64,000 nt of DNA from a bacterium (GTDB taxonomy: Bacteria; Krumholzibacteriota; Krumholzibacteriia; G020349025), in NCBI GenBank assembly GCA_031362565.1, contig JANLSU010000069.1:1-64000 (forward strand), written 5' to 3'. The notes below the pieces were generated by a model. The model made no database searches. It was not told where the DNA came from and saw only the letters and a program-made list of their open reading frames with translations. This document shows, piece by piece, positions 58,186 through 64,000 of the stretch (the stretch's first letter is position 1; every line of letters starts with the position of its first letter). Position numbers and translations under genes: made by a program.

Positions 58186-58297
58186 CCGCTCACCCCCTCC
58201 CGACGGCATACGTGGCCAAAAGGAACGCCCCAGGCACAATCGCTTTCGCGCTGCACCTGGGGCGTCGAGAAGCGAGCTCAGGCTCTCAACTCGTAGA

Positions 58298-59173
58298 CTA
58301 CCGATACGATGTCCACATGGAGTTCATCCGCGAGTTCTGGCCGGCGGTGAAGTTGTCCATGCAAAAGTCGTCCGTGTAGTCCATGAAGTTGGTGATCGGG
58401 TCCAGGCCCGCCTTGTTCCTGCAGGTGTCGCGGCCCGTGGGGCACCCGAACGCCGCCGATTTCTCGGCCGCCGTGTCGCTGACGCCATCGCCCGAACCGT
58501 TACAGCCACCCTGGAACGTGTGGTACAGGCCCATCCAGTGGCCGACTTCGTGGGTCGCGGTGTCACCGAGGTTGTAGGGCGCCGCGGAGCCGCCGGGCAC
58601 CGACGAGAAGAGACACACAACGCCGTCCATCTTCGGGTTGCTGGCATAGCTCGACGGGAAGGTCGCCCAGCCGAGCAAGCCACCGCCCATGTTGTTCAAG
58701 TACAAGTTCAGGGCATTCGAACCACCCTGGCGAAGGGCGTTTTTCATCGCCGTTTCGCTCGCGCCGCCAGTGCTGGTGTACCAGGACGAATTCGTGGTGT
58801 TATCGGTCGACACCAAGTTGAACGAGAATGAGGAAGCGGCATAGGCCGCGTTCAGTACCGCAATCTGGCTGGTAATTTGCGCGTCTGTCGCACTCTCCGA
58901 GGCCGCACCCGTGGCGTAGATTCGATGCACGTAGACCGGAATGACGTGCGACGCCGTGATCAACGGCTTGTACGACCGCAACCGGTCCTCCACCGCGAGC
59001 ATCGTTGCCGCGTCGAGGTCCTCTGTCGAACAGCGGACGAATGACCCTTGCACCGTCGAGATGTCTTCCTGGCCACCAGCGCTCGTAATGTCGCCCCCGC
59101 AGCCATGGATTGCCAAGGTTGCAGCGAACGATACGGCGCCAAGGGCAATGATTCGGAACGTGTTCTTCCGCAT
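58298..59173 (-). CDS. M43 (pappalysin/ulilysin-type) zinc metalloprotease lipoprotein
   Basis: [11 protein letters not shown], Met-turn NFMDY, propeptide RC, lipobox-like IHGC. Confidence 0.92.
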   Translation of the reverse strand: MRKNTFRIIALGAVSFAATLAIHGCGGDITSAGGQEDISTVQGSFVRCSTEDLDAATMLAVEDRLRSYKPLITASHVIPVYVHRIYATGAASESATDAQITSQIAVLNAAYAASSFSFNLVSTDNTTNSSWYTSTGGASETAMKNALRQGGSNALNLYLNNMGGGLLGWATFPSSYASNPKMDGVVCLFSSVPGGSAAPYNLGDTATHEVGHWMGLYHTFQGGCNGSGDGVSDTAAEKSAAFGCPTGRDTCRNKAGLDPITNFMDYTDDFCMDNFTAGQNSRMNSMWTSYR

Positions 59174-59307
59174 AGAACCTAATTCCTCCCCAAACGTGCG
59201 AGACATAGGGATTCTGCCGCGACAATAGATTCTGCTACGAATTTGCAGATTGAGTCAAGTCTCTTCGCCGGCCGCAAACTGGGCTGAAACACGCGATTCT
59301 GGGTGAG

Positions 59308-60240
59308 CTAGCGCCGGACCCCGATTTCCGAGAAGGGGACGAGACGCAGCATCCTGGTACCCGTGGGGTCGGGCCCCGAGAGTTCCGCAAGCGCCGGCAG
59401 GGACTGAATGTTGAGTTCCTTGGAGGTCGTTTGGTCGCCGGCGATCGAGATCAGCGCGGCTTCCGCCGGAACATCGAGCCAGGCTTGCGCTTCCGCACCC
59501 AGTGCGGCGTTCGCGGCCGCGTCCAAAAGCGCCGTGTCGGTCAATGGCGGCGCGGCCTTTTGCAGCTCGCGCCGCAGCCTTTCGAAGGCTTCGGGGCTTT
59601 TGTCGCGGGCCATTTCGAGCAGCGCGACGGCGCGGATGGAACGGTAGGTGTCGTGGGGCAGGAGAGTCCAGCGATAGAGCACGTTGAGAGGTTCGGGCTT
59701 CGCGGCCATCTGGTCTTCGACCATCCGGCAGCGTGGACATTCCGGATCGGTGAACAGCACGTACACCTTGCCGCCGGGTATCGTCTCCTGACCGCGAGGT
59801 CTAAAGATCGCGACCCCCTGCTCGGTGCCGAATCGATCCCACCCGCCGGTCGCCGCGAACACGATGGCGAGGCTGAAGAAGAGCGGGGCAAGGGCGCGCG
59901 GCTTGGGCAGGAGCGATAGGGCCGCTGAGACCACGCCGATGTGGATCAGCATGCACACCGGGCAAAGAGTGTTGTTGTGAATCATCCACCACGCGAGCGT
60001 CAGCGAGCCGAGGGCGGCGACACCCAAGGCTGCCTTTGCCCCGCGTCGCTCACTGAAGAGCGCGTACGCCAGGGCGAACAGCGCCGGAGGCCCGCCCCAG
60101 GCCAGAGCCGCACTCAGGGGGAGTTCGTTGACGAAGCTGCAACTGGCGCAGCCCCACAGGTCCAAGCCAAGGTGATGGGCGAGCGCGACCAGCGCGGCGC
60201 AGCCAGAAAAGAGGCAGAAGAAGATTCGCAAGTGTTTCAT
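59308..60240 (-). CDS. VKOR-like membrane domain fused to a DsbA/thioredoxin-like domain
   Basis: About 5 TM with CASC and CPVC; soluble FTDPECPRC and IQSLP. Confidence 0.72.
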   Translation of the reverse strand: MKHLRIFFCLFSGCAALVALAHHLGLDLWGCASCSFVNELPLSAALAWGGPPALFALAYALFSERRGAKAALGVAALGSLTLAWWMIHNNTLCPVCMLIHIGVVSAALSLLPKPRALAPLFFSLAIVFAATGGWDRFGTEQGVAIFRPRGQETIPGGKVYVLFTDPECPRCRMVEDQMAAKPEPLNVLYRWTLLPHDTYRSIRAVALLEMARDKSPEAFERLRRELQKAAPPLTDTALLDAAANAALGAEAQAWLDVPAEAALISIAGDQTTSKELNIQSLPALAELSGPDPTGTRMLRLVPFSEIGVRR

Positions 60241-60247
60241 TCGTGCC

Positions 60248-61219
60248 CTACTTCGCCCCGGGAGCAATCTCTCGATCCCAACGGTGGGCGCTGAGGGCGC
60301 CAATGAGACGCGCATCCAACTTGCCCCGATCGCTCGCGGCCAAATTGGCGCGGACGTGTTCCACCGTGCGCATGCCGGCAATCGTCGTCGACACCTGCGC
60401 ATTCGACAAGACGAACCGCATGGCCATCTCCGCGAGGTCCATGCCGTCGGGAAGAACTGCTTTGAGGGCCTCGACACGATCGACGGTCGGCCCCAGGTTC
60501 TCGGGCCCAAAATACCATGCCCGCCAGTCGTCGGCAGGGAACTCTGTGTCCTTGGTCAAAGATCCGGCCAGGCTCCCTTCATCCAGCGGAACCCGCGCAA
60601 TGACGCCGACATTGTGTTCCGCACACGCCGCGAATAGCAGATCCTCCGGTGCTTGTTCGAAGATGTTGTAGATCACCTGCACGGCGTCGACGAGCCCGGT
60701 TTTGACGGCCAAAATGCCGTTGTTTGGCTGCCACCGATTCAAGCTGATGCCAAAGGCTGCAACGATGTTGCGTCGCTTCAATTCCGCAATCGTGTCATGC
60801 CAGGCTCTGGAAACGGACCAGGAGTCGTCCCAAACATGGAGTTGCAACAGGTCGATCGTGTCGACGCCGATCGCGGTCCGGATGCGGTCGGCGAACTCGA
60901 AAACATATTCACGAGGGAAGACATCCTCGTACTGGTCACTGGACGATGCCGGCCACTGGCGATTCTTGGGCGGAACCTTGGTGCCGACGTAAATGCGTCT
61001 GGGGCGGTTGGCGCGCAACAGTTCGCCCAAGAGGCGATCGCTCCGGCCCTCCCCGTATGCCGACGCGGAATCGAAGAAATTGCAGCCCAAATCAACCGAT
61101 GCCTGCATCGCACCGAGTGAAGCGCTGTCGAGCGAACCCGACCAGGCCCCGGCGCCCCAGAGTCCGTGACCTACGTCGCTCACTTCGAACCCGGTTTTCC
61201 CGAGGACGCGATAGTTCAA
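60248..61219 (-). CDS. Aldo/keto reductase
   Basis: YRVLGKTG..VS, FFDSA..YG.G.S, IDLLQLH, QVIYN, ARVPL; TTG start. Confidence 0.92.
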   Translation of the reverse strand: MNYRVLGKTGFEVSDVGHGLWGAGAWSGSLDSASLGAMQASVDLGCNFFDSASAYGEGRSDRLLGELLRANRPRRIYVGTKVPPKNRQWPASSSDQYEDVFPREYVFEFADRIRTAIGVDTIDLLQLHVWDDSWSVSRAWHDTIAELKRRNIVAAFGISLNRWQPNNGILAVKTGLVDAVQVIYNIFEQAPEDLLFAACAEHNVGVIARVPLDEGSLAGSLTKDTEFPADDWRAWYFGPENLGPTVDRVEALKAVLPDGMDLAEMAMRFVLSNAQVSTTIAGMRTVEHVRANLAASDRGKLDARLIGALSAHRWDREIAPGAK

Positions 61220-61620
61220 TGGTGATCCCTTCACCGAAGCACCGGTCAGACCCCCATTATTGTAAGTGCATCGCGCCAGAGGGGACACACTCTGCGGACG
61301 CCGGGTGACCTCAGTACGAGCCGCGTTTCCCCGTGTTTCTGATATGAATTCCGTAACAGCTTGTGAATGGGTCGTTTGAGCCACTGCGCCTCAAGCGCCT
61401 GCGGCGCCATTGATCTTCGGCGACTGCGATGTGTCCATCAAACCACAGCTCGACCTCGAGCGCTCACTGGATGCATCGCGCCTCGCGGAGATCGTGCAGA
61501 GGGGTGACGCGAGTCGACGTTGGGCTTCATGAACAACGCTTCATGATCGAAAGGGGGATCACAGCGGAGTCGACGGGGCGTTCGTTCGGCTTGGGGAAAC
61601 GCGCATGACGACAAAGTTCA

Positions 61621-61649
61621 TTGTAAGGTGAAAAGGCGATTCCTATACT
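61621..61649 (+). promoter_or_regulatory. Putative sigma70 promoter of the repeat protein gene
   Basis: TTGTAA-N17-TATACT. Confidence 0.65.
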
Positions 61650-61789
61650 TGCCGCGCTTCAACGCTCTCGAGGTGACCAACGTGATGCACAGCGATCGAC
61701 CCTCACCATCACACGGGAATCAGCCTCCCCCGAGCAAACTCACGCCAGCCCAGCATTGTCTACAGACATGCCCAACATGGAGGTCCCAC

Positions 61790-64000
61790 GTGCGACGCCT
61801 TAGGCCACTGGCATTCTTGCTGCTTTTGCTACCCGCTCTCGCTTCGGCGCAGTCCATCGTGTCGGTCGTGCCGAACAGCGCCACCCGCGGGGCAGCAGTC
61901 GACGTTCAAATCACCGGATCTCAGACGCTCTTCCTGCAGGATTCAGAAGTGACGAGCCTTGTTTGGCTGTCGCAGGGAGGCTCGCGAATCGACGCGGACA
62001 GCGTCGATGTCTCGAGCACAACGCTCCTGAATGCCGCGTTCAACATTCCCGGCGCTGCTCCGCTCGGCCTCTGGGACGTCAACGCCCAGCAGGTGGATAG
62101 CACGGTGGTCACCCTTGTCGGGGGCTTCACGATTGTTGGTGGATGCTCGATCACCGATCTCGCAGCGGGTGCACAGACGCCTTGCAACTCGGAAGCCAAC
62201 ACGTACACGCAGGCGGTGGTTGTCACTTACGAAAGTCCGCCATCCACCGGCAACCTGGTGGTGAATGGGCAGACGTTCTCCCTCGGCACGAGTCCGCAGA
62301 CTGTCACGCTCACCGGCCTGACCGCGAATGGTGCTGCGGTCAATGTGACGGCGAGCTTCTCCGCGGATTCGGGGTGCTCGCGCACGGAGAACGCTCTGTT
62401 CACCGCTCCGGCGAGCTGCGCGGTGAGCCCGTGCTCGATCAGCGACCTCGCAGCGGGTGCTCAGACGGCCTGCAATGCGACCTCGAATACCTACACGCAG
62501 GTCGTGGTCGTGACGTTCGCGAACGCGCCGGCGTCCGGCAACCTGGTCGTGAACGGGCAGACATTCTTGATCGGCACGAGCCCGCAGAGCGTCACCCTTG
62601 TCGGTCTGAACGCCAACGGCGCTGCAGTCAATGTGACGGCGAGCTTCTCCGCGGATTCGGGGTGCTCGCGCACGGAAAATGCCCTGTTCACCGCTCCGGC
62701 GAGCTGCGCGGTGAGCCCGTGCTCGATCAGTGATCTCGCAGCGGGTGCTCAGACGGCCTGCAATGCGACCTCGAACACCTACACGCAGGTCGTGGTCGTG
62801 ACGTTCGCGAACCCGCCCACGTCCGGCAATCTGGTTGTAAATGGGCAGACGTTCGCGATCGGGACGAGCCCACGGAGCGTCACGCTCACGGGCCTAAACG
62901 CCAACGGCGCCGTGGTCAATGTGACGGCAAGCTTCTCCGCGGATTCGGGGTGCTCGCGCACGGAGAACGCTCTGTTCACCGCTCCGGCGAGCTGCGCGGC
63001 GAGCCCATGTTCGATCAGTGATCTCGCGGCGGGTGCTCAGACAGTCTGCAATGCGACCACGAACACCTACACGCAGGACGTGGTCGTGACGTTCGCAAAC
63101 CCGCCGACGTCCGGCAACCTGGTCGTGAATGGTCAGACGTTCCCGATCGGCACGAGCCCGCGGAGCGTCACGCTCACGGGCCTCAATGCGAACGGCGCTC
63201 CGGTCAACGTGACGGCGCGCTTCTCGGCCGATACCGGCTGCCAGCGGACGGCGAACGCGCTCTTCACGGCTCCGCAAAGTTGCGGGCAGGGAGGCGTGCT
63301 GGACTGCTCGGACGCCGAACCTTCGAAGGACGAGTTGTCGGCAACACGACGCCATCGATTCAAGAAGGTCCGGATCGAGGACGTCGAGGGCTCGAATGGA
63401 CGCGATGCCACGATCACGATCACGCAGGTCACCTCCGACGAACCGGTCGGCAGTACTTGCCCCGATGCGGTGATTCACAGCAACGGTACCGTGGATCTGC
63501 GCGCCGAGAGCGATAGCACCGGGAACGGACGCGTGTACACGATCCTATTCACCGCGACCGACAACACCGGCGCTTCGTGCAGCGACTCGGTGTTCGTCTG
63601 CGTGCCGCGCGCTTCGCGGCATGACGGCGATGATGACGACGATGACCACCGCCGGCCCGGCAACCGACCTGGCAACCGGACTCTTGGTGGGGATGACGAT
63701 GACGATGACGATCGTGGCGGTGATCACGACGGTGACAACGACGGGCACGGGCACAGGCCTCATTGCGTTCGTGACGCGGGCCAATACGACGCCACGGTGT
63801 GCACTGTTGGCGGGGCGGGTCAGGGACAGCCATCCACCCGACCCATCGTCACGAAGGCCACGGGCGGTCAGGTAACGATTCAGCTGACGACCGTCGGGAC
63901 GGGCCCGGTCGATGTCCGGATCTACGATTTGCGAGGACGACTCGTACGCCGCCTGGCTGCCGAGCAGATGCCGGCCGGTGCGCACGCGCTGCACTGGGAC
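61790..64000 (+). CDS. Large secreted Cys-containing tandem-repeat protein with FlgD-Ig/T9SS-like CTD (runs off the window; absent from the ORF track)
   Basis: GGAGG RBS, GTG start, signal peptide MRRLRPLAFLLLLLPALASA, IPT/TIG-like domain, four 96-aa repeats, LRAE...GNGRVY domain, IYDLRGRLVRRL...HWD. Confidence 0.88.
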   Translation, partial: MRRLRPLAFLLLLLPALASAQSIVSVVPNSATRGAAVDVQITGSQTLFLQDSEVTSLVWLSQGGSRIDADSVDVSSTTLLNAAFNIPGAAPLGLWDVNAQQVDSTVVTLVGGFTIVGGCSITDLAAGAQTPCNSEANTYTQAVVVTYESPPSTGNLVVNGQTFSLGTSPQTVTLTGLTANGAAVNVTASFSADSGCSRTENALFTAPASCAVSPCSISDLAAGAQTACNATSNTYTQVVVVTFANAPASGNLVVNGQTFLIGTSPQSVTLVGLNANGAAVNVTASFSADSGCSRTENALFTAPASCAVSPCSISDLAAGAQTACNATSNTYTQVVVVTFANPPTSGNLVVNGQTFAIGTSPRSVTLTGLNANGAVVNVTASFSADSGCSRTENALFTAPASCAASPCSISDLAAGAQTVCNATTNTYTQDVVVTFANPPTSGNLVVNGQTFPIGTSPRSVTLTGLNANGAPVNVTARFSADTGCQRTANALFTAPQSCGQGGVLDCSDAEPSKDELSATRRHRFKKVRIEDVEGSNGRDATITITQVTSDEPVGSTCPDAVIHSNGTVDLRAESDSTGNGRVYTILFTATDNTGASCSDSVFVCVPRASRHDGDDDDDDHRRPGNRPGNRTLGGDDDDDDDRGGDHDGDNDGHGHRPHCVRDAGQYDATVCTVGGAGQGQPSTRPIVTKATGGQVTIQLTTVGTGPVDVRIYDLRGRLVRRLAAEQMPAGAHALHWD
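62144..63283 (+). repeat. Four near-identical 288-bp intragenic tandem repeats
   Basis: Units start at 62144, 62432, 62720, 63008 (TGYTCGATC = CSI). Confidence 0.95.

Noticed and set aside
62144..63283. Tandem repeats as a CRISPR array or non-coding repeat
   Set aside because: The 288-bp units are in-frame coding with synonymous variation; there is no repeat-spacer structure and no cas gene

Overview
High-GC diderm bacterial window. The gene content (Mla/MCE ABC system, several outer-membrane beta-barrels, a TonB-dependent receptor, four proteins ending in a T9SS-type-A/FlgD-Ig-like C-terminal domain, a PorU/gingipain C25 homolog) suggests an FCB-associated lineage such as Ca. Eisenbacteria, Krumholzibacteriota or Latescibacterota. 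That assignment is inference only. The window opens in the 3' half of the RNase P RNA gene. It continues through mixed metabolic and signalling genes (GNAT, B12 radical SAM, Ser/Thr kinase, haloperoxidase-like hydrolase, mlaEFD, a two-component pair), then an envelope block at about 13.5-43 kb, then a mosaic of small accessory genes with several broken ones. It ends inside a large secreted tandem-repeat protein that the ORF track omits. Two candidates for an undescribed system stand out. (1) Two paralogous heavy-metal-type RND pumps flank a 148-aa lipoprotein that keeps only the membrane-proximal segments of an RND adaptor, with no hairpin and no TolC partner nearby. They sit among acidic PepSY proteins, a purple acid phosphatase and an Asp-rich beta-propeller. 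(2) A PorU-like C25 'sortase' has both catalytic residues apparently replaced (H->R, C->D), reads in frame with an upstream DUF4403-like gene, and shares the window with three CTD-tagged secreted proteins. No CRISPR array, tRNA or rRNA was seen. All family assignments come from motif recognition by eye, not database searches. Single-base lesions could be assembly errors.
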